From positions 399,900,001 through 399,964,000 of the forward strand of contig OZ024740.1 in the NCBI GenBank assembly GCA_964016885.1: a stretch of 64,000 nucleotides of DNA. Direction: 5' to 3'. The position numbers were made by a program, and so were the translations under genes. The DNA comes from Eledone cirrhosa (Eukaryota). Below the pieces are notes generated by a model. That model saw only the letters and a list, made by a program, of their open reading frames with translations. It had not been told where the DNA came from and did not search any database. Below are positions 40,069 to 51,423 of the stretch, piece by piece; the stretch's first letter is position 1, and the number at the start of each line of letters is the position of its first letter.

Positions 40069-40546
40069 GGAAAAGGAGGAGGAGAGGAAAGGAGTACAAG
40101 CTCTTCGTACTCCTGGAGATGAGGGTTGCACATTTTTTTGGGGGGTATGTGTTACCCATATAAACTGTCTCCCTCTATTGGGGAAAATCGACTAACTTTT
40201 AAATTCCATCTGTGATAACATTTTACACGTTTTTATTGTATGTAAACTTCCCCCTTTGTATTTGTCCCCTTCTTTTGTGCCCCTGTGGCTAATAAAGAAA
40301 TATATCTATCTATCTATCTATCTATATCTGGGATGGACACACGCGTATAACTTGCTGAGTAAGTTCTGTTTAAATTTCTATAGAAATTCTTGTCTGTTAA
40401 CTTTAATTTTTGTACCATTTTGTAGAGGGACTGCCAGGTGAAACTTTGATCTGGTCAGTCTCTCAAAATATTCTACGCCTTTAGGCGAAATAGTTAAACC
40501 AAAAAAAAAAAGTTTTTTCTTGTTGAAAAGTCAATATTTTTTTTAA

Positions 40547-42340
40547 ATGGCCGAAGCTTCTTCACCAACATTCGAAGGAGGAAAGGGGAAGATAAACTTA
40601 CAGCTTCCCCCTGCCACTGTCACAGTAGCAGAGGTCAAGAAGAAAGGTCAGCCAGAGGAAGAATTCTCTCCACCTGTTAACCGACAACTTGACGTTGCCA
40701 TGGCAACAACCCAAAGAACCAGCGGCACCAGCAACAGCAACAACAACAACAATGCGACGGACGAAAACAACACCAATAACAATAACAACAACAACAAGAC
40801 CAATAACGGTGACAACAACAACAATGATAACAACAACACCACCAACGACAACAACAACACAAACAAACAAAATTTCTCCTTCGCCGAGACGACAAGGAAA
40901 ACCCTCGACTATCTGCCAGTAGATATAACCAAAGCGAAGGAGCTACTGGCAGATGCGAAAAAATATATAGTGTACGGAGAAAATGGTTCATTCACAATCC
41001 ATTCCCCCCCGGAACTAAAAAGCCAGAGACTCCTAAACACGGCCATGTTTAGGACAATCTCGAACAAAAGTAAAAAGCCAGCTCAACCATCACAGAGTGA
41101 GATAGAGCTGGTTTTAAAAGACGTCATGAAGGACATCACCTTCATTCAGAAGGATAGACTCTACGGGAGTCTATCCATTCTCATGAAGGACAGGGACACA
41201 GCAGTGAAACTGTCCATCAAACCAATCACATCCACCGCATACACCTTCTACCCTACGTACATGGGTAGAAGAACACAAAAAATAAAAATCCACACCATCC
41301 TGCCGATTATGGACATATGGTGGGTTTTGACAGGTTTCCTGGACCTGGAGGATGACATGCTGGTGTCCATGGGAAAGGCATCGGGTGACGCGTTCAGTGG
41401 AACGAGCCTCGAACTTGTAGTTCAAATGAGGCCCGAAAGGATCGCGCAGATCCCTGAACGCGTCATACTGGATGATCTAACCTTCATCAACATTACCGTT
41501 GAGTGTAGACGGCCCTCGTGTTACCTCTGCGGAACCAGAGGTCACCTGAGGGCTGTCTGTCCCCAACTTAATAAGAAAACCCCAATCCTGCCTACACCAC
41601 CAACAACTGCACAACCAACACAATCACCACAACTACCACTACAAAAACAACCATCACAGCTCAAACCAAAACAAAACAATGTCCAACCCATCCCCTCCAC
41701 TCAAAAAACAAAAACAATTTCCAAAACACCCGCACCGCAAACACAACCCGAAAATATACGCCTCCCCTCCAACGCGGAAGATGACCCTAGTTCGTCGTCA
41801 GACGAGGAGGAGCACTTCCACACAATCAAAAGAAAAAAAAGAAAACACACCTCAGACACACAAATGAAAACAACCCCTCCCCAAAACATAACACTTACAC
41901 CAACACAAAAGAGCTCACAACAACAGCAAACAAAAAACACCACACAAAAACAAAAACATGCATACACATACATAAACACAAGAAACAAAAAACTGTTAAA
42001 CATTGTGTACAACAACAATCTAATAAAAACACAAGGGCCTAACTTCACCCAGGCAGGGGATTTCCCCCACCTCAAAATGATTAAGGCCCCACAGGACACC
42101 TATAAAACTTTAAAAAACAATTTTAAAGAGGACGTGGGTCCCCCCTGCGTCGGGCCCATTAACCGCGTCCTCCTAAAAAACTACCCCACCCCCTCCCCAA
42201 ACACCCACACAACTCCAAGCTCCCCAACCACACAACACACTGATGCCCCTACACTTCCACAAACCACCACCCCACCCAACAACCCATCCCCCACTCTAAT
42301 GGAAATTATGCAGCCCGATACCCGGGACGCAGAGAGGTAA
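40547..42340 (+). CDS. ORF1p of copy B
   Basis: CYLCGTRGHLRAVC knuckle; conserved YMGRRTQ, YTYIN and NRVLLK blocks. Confidence 0.88.
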   Translation: MAEASSPTFEGGKGKINLQLPPATVTVAEVKKKGQPEEEFSPPVNRQLDVAMATTQRTSGTSNSNNNNNATDENNTNNNNNNNKTNNGDNNNNDNNNTTNDNNNTNKQNFSFAETTRKTLDYLPVDITKAKELLADAKKYIVYGENGSFTIHSPPELKSQRLLNTAMFRTISNKSKKPAQPSQSEIELVLKDVMKDITFIQKDRLYGSLSILMKDRDTAVKLSIKPITSTAYTFYPTYMGRRTQKIKIHTILPIMDIWWVLTGFLDLEDDMLVSMGKASGDAFSGTSLELVVQMRPERIAQIPERVILDDLTFINITVECRRPSCYLCGTRGHLRAVCPQLNKKTPILPTPPTTAQPTQSPQLPLQKQPSQLKPKQNNVQPIPSTQKTKTISKTPAPQTQPENIRLPSNAEDDPSSSSDEEEHFHTIKRKKRKHTSDTQMKTTPPQNITLTPTQKSSQQQQTKNTTQKQKHAYTYINTRNKKLLNIVYNNNLIKTQGPNFTQAGDFPHLKMIKAPQDTYKTLKNNFKEDVGPPCVGPINRVLLKNYPTPSPNTHTTPSSPTTQHTDAPTLPQTTTPPNNPSPTLMEIMQPDTRDAER

Positions 42341-42364
42341 GTGCCTTTTCTCTTCACCACCAAC

Positions 42365-45300
42365 ATGGCTATGCTAAGAGTAGGCTGTTTAAATGCGCGT
42401 GGCCTGGGCTCAACTTGGAAGCAAGCAATGCTTCTAAATGACCTCAGGTCACAACGTATAGATGTGATGGTTATTTGTGAGGCCCGGATCAGCAACGTGG
42501 GGCGGCTGGCCCCCACCTTTGATGACTTTGAGATGCACGCATCTCTCTGTCAGCCCGGAAGTGGGGGTGGAGTTGTCGTTCTGCTGCAAAAACATCTGGG
42601 TCTCGCAACACAGATGGTACATTTGGACCCGGACGGTCGACTAGTGGTTCTGGACCTTGGCAGTGGTAAAGGCGGAGCGTTTAGGTTGGTAGCCGCTCAA
42701 TGCGGCCGAACTTCTTCCATCGTCTGGAGACTTTTCTAGGGACGTCCCGCTCCTTGCTATTAGTGGGGGACTGGAATGGTATCCTAGATGCACGCTGGGA
42801 CTACGTAGGGGCCTGCCCTGATAGAGAGGGGTGTAATAGCCTCAAAGGGTTAATCGGTCGATTTGACCTGGCCGATAGATATCGACTAGATTTTCCGACT
42901 GCGCCAACCTGGACTTGAGCAAATCGTAGCGGATCATCTAGGTCGTACCTAGATAGGTTCTTAGTTAGAATTAAGGATAAGGACTTTTTAAGTTGTCCAA
43001 AAATGCGCATGGTTGGCTATTCAGACCACAAATTAGTGACCTGCATGGTCAACCTTGACAGAACTCATAGACAGGGACCCGGTTACCGGAAGCTCAACTT
43101 GTCCTTACCGGCAAGTAAGGCTTACAGGAACCGGATTAGCACTTTAGTTAAGGAGCGGTTGACGGGCGCCATCGTCAACAGCAGGTGGTGGGGATCTCTC
43201 AAAAGAGAGATTAGAGTAGTCTCTATAGAATTTAGTAAGGAGTTAGCCTCAAATAGAAATAGGAAGGAAAGGGAGTTGCTAGATAGTGTAGAAGAGGCAA
43301 TTAGAAGCGGCGACGTGGCCAGAGTGCTAACGTCGAGAACGGCCCTGGGCCAGTTCTTCGACGCGAAACACGAAGGCTGCATCGTCCGAAGCAAAATACG
43401 TGCTCTGGGAAACGAGGGGACCAAAGCTGTTAGCTGGGCCCGCGTGACAGAAGCCAAAAGAGGGAGCAGATCCACTATCCGGTCTTTGCGAGACCAGGAT
43501 GGACGGGTGATCCTTGAACCTAAGCAGATGTGCGAGGCTTTTCAAAAGCACTTTGCCGGATTGTTCGGAAGGGGCGGGGGGCCGGTTGGGGACGTGGACT
43601 TCGGTCCATACCTCGACGGCCTGCCGCGTCTCTCGGACAGGGAGGCGAAGTCCTGCGAGGAGCCGATTTCAGCTGCTGAGATAGAGGACGTGCTGAGCCA
43701 ATGCGGCAAACGCAAATCTCCGGGTCTCGATGGTCTTCCATACGAACTATATCTAGCTATGCCGGACTTGTTCCCCGAACTCCTCGAGGCGGTCTACTGC
43801 AACTGGCAACAGAACGGGAGAATTCCCTGTGCTGTGACCAAGGGCGTAGTCATGCTAGTGAGGAAGGACGAGAACAAGGGGGACGATATAAATAATTTCA
43901 GGCCCATAACTCTGCTAAATACAGAGTTACAGATTTTGGCCAAGGTGCTAGCAAAGAGGTTGGCGCTTGTCGTGGGCAACCTGGTGGGAGATGCGCAGAC
44001 ATGTGCTATCCCGTCCAGGTCCATCCACGATAACCTCCACCTCATGCGATACATCATAGAGAGGGTTGGGAACGAACCCGGCTTTGGTGGGGCCCTGATC
44101 AACTTGGATCAATCTAAGGCATTCGATAGGGTCGACCATGGTTACCTGGATGCGGTGCTAGCGGCGGCAGGCTTCGGACCCGTTTTCAGGGGCTGGATCA
44201 ATGCCATGCACAGCAGCCGCATCTGCTCTAGGGTCAAGGTGAACGGCTACCTCTCGGAGCCGTTCGAAATCGCGCGGTCCATCCGACAGGGGTGCCCTCT
44301 CTCCTCCCTTCTGTATGTAATGACTCTAGAGCCACTGCTGCGGAAGTTGGAGTTGTTGCAGGGCATCCCTTTGGAACCGGGATTGCGGAAAGCGGTGTCA
44401 ACCTACGCCGATGACGTAACAGTAATGGTGTCGAAGGCCTCGGAAATCAGGGCGATCGGCACCTTACTGGAGGAGTACGAAAGGTTTACAGGGGCTAAGC
44501 TGAACCGGGACAAGTCGATCGGTCTGCAACTCGGCACGTGGAGGGGCAGATCGATGCCCTCCGATGGCGTCGTCGGGCGCTGGACGGAGGGCCCGGTGAA
44601 GTTGCTCGGGGTCTGGTTCGGACCAGACCTCCAGGTGGAAAAGAACTGGGGTGAGGTGACGAACAGGGTGTTTGCACTGACCCAGAAGTGGGCCGAGTGC
44701 AAACTGTCCCTGAAAGGACGGGCGGAGGTGGCGAACACTTATATAGCGTCCGTCATCTACTACCGCCTGACCGTTGTGCCTTGCCCAAGGGAAACGCTCG
44801 CCAAAATGGAGCGCGCACTCTTCCAATTCCTTTGGAAGAAGCGGGCTCCTATGGTGAGGAGATCCATCTGCTGTCAACACCCTTCGAAAGGAGGGCTGGG
44901 GATGCCGTGGCTAATGATACGTAAACACGCATTAAGGCTACGGCACCTTCAGGTATTCCTCTCCGGTCAACCGGTGTGGGCCCCGTTTGTGAGGCGAGCC
45001 TTTCCCAGACTCGTCTCACTCACCAAGCTGCAATCCTGGGTCAAGCAAAGACCGAGAAAACTGGGCGCCTGGCACACCGAGTGTGCCCAGGCACTCACGG
45101 CTCTCTGGCAGGCGGACCCGGCTGTCAGTGGAGAATCCACCTCGTCATTCTATAGAGGGCTGGTGGTTAGCAGGTGCGACGACGCCCTCGGAGAAGCCCT
45201 AGGCATGGAGGAAGACGAACTGGCTAACCTGTTCGGTAGGACATTCAGCCCGGGACCCATGGATAACTTCCAGAGGTCCCTGGCCTGGCAATGCTACAGA

Positions 45301-45786
45301 AGGGCTCTGCCCGTTCGAGAAAGGCTCTACAGACACGGGCGCCCGGGTAGGGACCCATCGAAAAAGATCTGTCCCAGATGCGTGTGCGACGAGGAAACCG
45401 TTGCACACGCATTGGTACACTGCCCGGGCGTTGCCGATCTGTGGGGTTATATCGAACAACTGCTGTCAAGGGTGGGACCAATCCGGTTGACCACCGAGTC
45501 TATTGTAACGATCAAGCCGCCTCCCCTCTTCAAAAACGAAGGAGAGGCGGTGTTTCTGTGCGTAATAGCCATGGCGAAAGAGGTTGTATGGTGGACGCGT
45601 CTGAAAGGACTGAGGTCAGACACCTTTCTCTCTGGCCAACAATTGGTCCGTTTCTTCCGATATCATTTCGGAAGAAGGATCAGGATGGAGAGAGAGGTGC
45701 TGCAGCCCAGCCGTTTCTATGAAAGATGGGTGAAAGTGGCGAGAATGGCCCGTGTGAATGGGCCTTCACTCTACATCAGACTATAG
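42365..45786 (+). pseudogene. ORF2 of copy B (frameshifting deletion near 42700, TGA at 42916-42918)
   Basis: ORF pieces 42341-42739, 42700-42918 and 43003-45786 align colinearly with ORF2 of A. Confidence 0.88.
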
Positions 45787-46055
45787 GTGAGGAAGATGAA
45801 AGACCAAGGAAGCACCCCTTCTCTGTGCTCCTGAGGAGAAGGGTTGCACACTTTTTTCGGGGGTGTGTGCGACCCTCCAAGGCGCCTCCTCTCTATTGAG
45901 GACTTTGTTATAAATTTTATTTTTTGTTATATTTTATTTTATTTTTATATATTGTTATTGCCTCCTCCTTATTGAGGACGCCTTGTTTTGTAAACTCCCC
46001 CCATTGTACTTGTCCCACTTTTGATGCCCTGGTGGCAAATAAAAGAAACATATCT

Positions 46056-49000
46056 AATCGTAGCGGATCATCTAGGTCGTACCTAGATAGGTTCTTAGTT
46101 AGAATTAAGGATAAGGACTTTTTAAGTTGTCCAAAAATGCGTATGGTTGGCTATTCAGACCACAAATTAGTGACCTGCATGGTCAACCTTGACAGAACTC
46201 AAAGACAGGGCCCCGGTTACTGGAAGCTCAACTTGTCCTTGCCGGCAAGTAGAGCCTACAGGAATCGGATTAGTACGTTAGTTAAGGAACGGTTGACTGG
46301 AGCGATCGTCAACAGCAGGTGGTGGGTATCTCTAAAGAGAGAGATTAGAGTAGTCTCGATAGAATTTAGTAAGTTTCTAGCTGCGGATAGGAATAGGAAG
46401 GAAAGGGAGCTAATAGATAGAGTAGAAGAGGCAATTAGAAGCGGCGACGTGGCCAGAGTGCTAGCGTCGAGAACGGCTTTGAGCCAGTTTTTCGACGCGA
46501 AGCACGAAGGCTGCGTTGTCCGAAGCAAAATACGTGCTCTGGGAAACGAGGGGACCAAAGCTGTTAGCTGGGCCCGCGTGACAGAGGCCAACAGTGGAAC
46601 TAAATCCACCATCCGGTCTTTGCGAGACCTGGATGGACGGGCGATTCTTGAGCCTAAGCAGATGTGTGAGGCCTTTCAAAGGCACTTTGCCCGACTGTTC
46701 GGGAGGGGCGGGGAGCCGGTTGGGAACGTGGACTTCGGTCCATACCTCGACGGCCTGCCGCGCCTCTCGGACAGGGAGGCGAAGTCCTGCGAGGAGCCGA
46801 TTTCGGCCGCTGAGATAGAGGAGGTCCTGAGCCAATGCGGCAAACGCAAATCCCCGGGTCTCGATGGTCTTCCTTACGAATTATATCTAGCTATGCCGGA
46901 CTTGTTCCCCGATCTCCTCGAGGCGGTCTACTGCAACTGGCAACAGAACGGGAGAATTCCCTGTACTGTGACCAAGGGCGTAGTCATGCTAGTGAGGAAG
47001 GACGAGAACAAGGGGGACGAAATAAGTAACTTCAGGCCCATAACACTGCTAAATACAGAGTTACAGATTTTGGCCAAGGTGCTAGCAAAGAGGTTGGCGC
47101 TTGTCGTGGGCAACCTGGTGGGAGATGCGCAGACATGCGCTATCCCGTCCAGGTCCATCCATGACAACCTCCACCTCATGCGATACATCATAGAGAGGGT
47201 TGGGAACGAACCCGGCTTTGGTGGGGCTCTGATCAACTTGGATCAATCTAAGGCGTTCGATAGGGTCGACCATGGTTACCTGGATGCGGTGCTAGCGGCG
47301 GCAGGCTTCGGACCCGTTTTCAGGGGCTGGATCACTGCTATGCACAGCAGCCGCATCTGCTCTAGGGTCAAGGTGAACGGCTACCTCTCGGAGCCGTTCA
47401 AAATCGCGCGGTCCATCCGACAAGGGTGCCCTCTCTCCTCCCTTCTGTATGTGTTGACTCTCGAGCCACTACTGCGGAAGTTGGAGTTGTTGCAGGGCAT
47501 CCCTTTGGAACCGGATTGCGGAAAGCGGTGTCGGCCTACGCCGATGACGTGACAGTAATGGTGTCGACGGCCTCCGAAATCGAGGCGGTCGGCACCTTAC
47601 TGGAGGAGTACGAAAAGTTCACAGGGGCTAAGCTGAACCGGGACAAGTCGATCGGTTTGCAACTCGGCACGTGGAGGGGCAGACCGATGCCCTCCGATGG
47701 CGTCGTCGGACGCTGGACGGAGGGCCCGGTGAAGTTGCTCGGGGTCTGGTTCGGACCGGACCTCCAGGTGGAGAAAAACTGGGCGGAGGTTACGAACAGG
47801 GTGTTTGCACTGACCCAGAAGTGGGCCAGTTGCAAACTATCCCTGAAAGGTCGGGCGGAGGTGGCGAACACCTACATAGCGTCCGTCATCTACTACCGCC
47901 TGACCGTAGTGCCCTGCCCAAGGGAAACCCTCACCAAGATGGAGCGCGCGCTCTTCCAATTCCTTTGGAAGAGGCGGGCTCCTATGGTGAGGAGATCCAT
48001 CTGCTGTCAACACCCTTCGAAAGGAGGGCTGGGGATGCCGTGGCTAATGATGCGTAAACACGCATTAAGGCTACGGCACCTCTACGTATTCCTCACCGGA
48101 CAACCGGTGTGGGCCTCGTTTGTGAGACGAACCTTTCCCAGACTCGTCTCACTCACCGAGCTGCAATCCTGGGTCAAGCAAAGACCGAGATAACTGGGCG
48201 CCTGGCACACTGAGTGTGCCCAGGCGCTCACCGCCCTCTGGCAGGCGGATCCGGTTATCAGTGGAGACTCCACCGCAACATTCTATAGAGGGCTGGTACG
48301 CAGCAGGTGCGACGAGGAGGACGAACTGGCCAGCCTGTTCTGTAGGACATTCAGCCCGGGACCTATGGACAACTTCCAGAAGTCCCTGGCCTGGCAGTGC
48401 TACCGAGGGGCTTTACCCGTTCGAGAAAGGCTCTACAGACACGGGCGCCCGGGTAGGGACCCCGCCAAAAAGATCTGCCCCAGATGCGTGTGCGACGAGG
48501 AAACCGTTGCACACGCATTGGTACACTGCTCGGGCGTAGCCGATCTGTGGGGCTATGTCGAACAACTGCTGTCAAGGGTGGGACCGATCCGGTTGACCAC
48601 CGAGTCTATTGTAATGATCAAGCCGCCTCCCCCCTTCAAAGATGAAGCAGAGGCGGTGTTTCTGTGCGTAATAGCCATGGCGAAAGAGGTTGTATGTTGG
48701 ACGCGTCTGAAAGGACTGAGGTCAGGCACCTTTCTCTCTGGCCAACAACTGGTCCGTTTCTTCCGATATCATTTCGGAAGAAGGATCAGGATGGAGAGAG
48801 AGGTGCTGCACCCCAGCCGTTTCTATGAAAGATGGGTGAAAGTGGCGAGAATGGCCCGTGTGAATGGGCCTTCACTCTACATCAGACTATAGGTGAGGAA
48901 GATGAAAGTCCAAGGGAGCACCCCTTCTCTGTGCTCCTGAGGAGAAGGGTTGCACACTTTTTTCGGGGGTGTGTGCGACCCCCCAAGGCGCCTCCTCTCT

Positions 49001-49155
49001 ATTGAGGATTTTGTTAAAAATTTTATTTTTTGTTATATCTTATTTTATTTTTATATTTTGTTATTGCCTCCTCCTTATTGAGGACGCCTTTTTGTGTAAA
49101 CTCCCCCCTTTGTACTTGTCCCACTTTTGATGCCCTAGTGGCAAATAAAAGAAAC
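46056..49155 (+). mobile_element. Tx1-clade copy C, 5'-truncated within APE, closely related to B, disrupted
   Basis: Starts AATCGTAGCGGATC after a single TATCT; frameshift near 47510, TAA at 48191-48193, deletion near 48311; followed by a long (ATCT)n at 49157-49254. Confidence 0.9.
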
Positions 49156-49156
49156 A

Positions 49157-49254
<98 letters not shown>

Positions 49255-49480
49255 GCTGTCGTCTGTTCTACAGTGTGGATGTAATTCACTTCGCGCAGAA
49301 GTTTTGTTCAAATTTATTGCGGAAATTTTGTGAGTTCAAATTTAATTTTGATACTATTGTGTAGCTTGACCCCCCGTCTGAACTGTCAGGCGGTGGGTCA
49401 GCTCATCTTTACCCCTCCTAGAGGTGAAAAACCTATTTTAAAAAATTTTGTGGCAAAAAAAGTTCAATCGTCTGACAGAA

Positions 49481-51390
49481 ATGTTAAACGAAGCGAACGA
49501 AAATAGTGGTGGGGGGGGGGGGGGGGACAGCGGTAAGAGTTGTAAGCTCGCACGCTTTAGTCCCCCCTTCCTTCCCAACTAACGTCATAGAGAAGGAAGG
49601 AAAAATTAAAATAAAAACAGACGAATCTGCGGAGAAAAAAAATGATGAAAACACAAATCTGGACATGGATTCCAACAACGAAAAAAAAAAAATTTGAAAA
49701 ATTGCATGACAATACTAACACCACAAACAAAGACACAACAAACACAAAAATAACATTTGAAAATAACATCATAACAGAAAGCAAAGCAGACGACAGAGTC
49801 AAGATTTCATTTGCACAAACAACAAAGAAATCTTTGACATATGTAGCCGAAAATATTTCAGATGTGGCACGAAGAATCACAGACGCCAAACAATACATAA
49901 GTGAAGGAGAGAATGGTATTTTATCGGTAAAAATGCCTCAAGAACTCACCAAAGACATTGAAAGTCGAACGGTCGTGTTCCGCACCATTAACAACACTAC
50001 AAAAAAACCTGAACAGCCTTCTCAAGCAGATATCAAAACAGTACTCACAGAAGTACTTAATGAAACCACTTTCATAAGAAAAGACAGACTGTATGGAAGC
50101 CTAGCAATTATCATGAAGAACGAATCAGCGGCAAAAAAATGTGCTTTGTCACCGATTCGTTCAAAAAATTTTACCTTTTATCCATCTTATATGGGTAAAA
50201 GAACTCAACGCATATGGCTGTATGCAATGATGCCAGATGTGGACTACTGCTGGCTCATAGCTGGCTTCATCGATCCAGTGAATGACAACGTGATTTCCAT
50301 TGGGAAAACCACAGGCAATGCGTTCACTGGAACAGGAATAGAGCTGGTAGTGCAAATGAAGCCTGAACGCATCGCCCAAATACCCGACAGAATCCTATTA
50401 GAGGGCCACGGGTATATAAACATTAGCGTGGAGGGGAGAAGGCCGTCCTGTCATATCTGTGCAGGCAGAGGACACCTGAAGGCCGCTTGTCCCCAACTCA
50501 ACAAAAAGAAAACCCTGCTACCAACACCAGCTCCACCACCACAACAGATAAACAAACAACAAAACTCAGTCCCACCCAACCCGTCCCTCAGTAAAACTAC
50601 ACCACCACCACAACACAAACAGTCACAACACATTACCCCAAAACAAAATACAGGCCCACCCAACCCCTCACTCAATAAAACAACACAACCACCGCAGACA
50701 CAACACACAACACAGTCTAACATAGTGACATCCATCTCCCCCACAAAGAAAACCAACACGGAAACATTACCAGCAAACATACCTCTTCCCTCCAACACTG
50801 AAGATAACCCAACGAATTCGGAGGAAGAAACGGAGTCCTTCAGACAGATTAAAAGGAAAAAAAGAAAACATGTGCAAAACACACAAGGCCAAACAACCCC
50901 CATCCAAATCTCAACACAATCCAACAAAACAGAAAACACCCCTCCAGCAACAAACAAAACCAAACCTGCCCCTCCCCTCTTCGAAACACTCACACCATCC
51001 GAGAAAAAGACATTACACTATACTTACATCAACAGAAACAATAATAAATTAAATGAACTCATATACAATAATCCTTCGGTACAAACCGAAGGTGTAAACT
51101 TTGTTTCTTCAGAAAACTACCCACATTTAAAATTAATAAAGATCCCAATGAACCTCTACCAAAAACTAAAAAAGGATTTTAAGGAGGACGTAGGACCACC
51201 CTCTGTCAAACCCATAAACCGCGTCCTACTAAAAAGCTTTCCCCCTCCCCTTCCCCTCCCCAACACAACTCCAAACACCCCAACCCCACCACACACTGAC
51301 GACCCCACACCACCACAAGACACCCCTTCACCCAACACCCCCGACCCCATGGAAGTCGTGCGACCCGAACCCCGGGAAGCGGAAAGGTAG
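49481..51390 (+). CDS. ORF1p of copy D (likely start 49481; two frameshifts in homopolymers; main open frame 49642-51390)
   Basis: MLNEANENSGGG/TAVRVVSS matches the N-terminus of A (MNAASNDNGGGEAVRLQSS); CHICAGRGHLKAAC knuckle. Confidence 0.75.
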
Positions 51391-51423
51391 GTCTCTACAC
51401 TCTCCTTTGGCTCTGCCGCCCAC

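Larger units (their letters stand above)
34451..40300 (+). mobile_element. Tx1-clade non-LTR retrotransposon copy A, full length, both ORFs open
   Basis: 5'UTR, ORF1, APE-RT ORF2, 3'UTR ending AATAAAGAAA then (ATCT)n. Confidence 0.92.
40330..46050 (+). mobile_element. Tx1-clade copy B, full length, ORF2 disrupted
   Basis: Preceded by ATCT repeats at 40303-40328; same architecture as A. Confidence 0.9.

Noticed and set aside
45924-47552. 542-aa ORF with a hydrophobic N-terminus
   Set aside because: Chance fusion of the 3'UTR of B with the truncated ORF2 of C; no AUG start
42922-49155. C as a simple tandem duplication or assembly duplicate of the 3' part of B
   Set aside because: B and C differ by many substitutions and have independent lesions, and C starts after a TATCT target remnant
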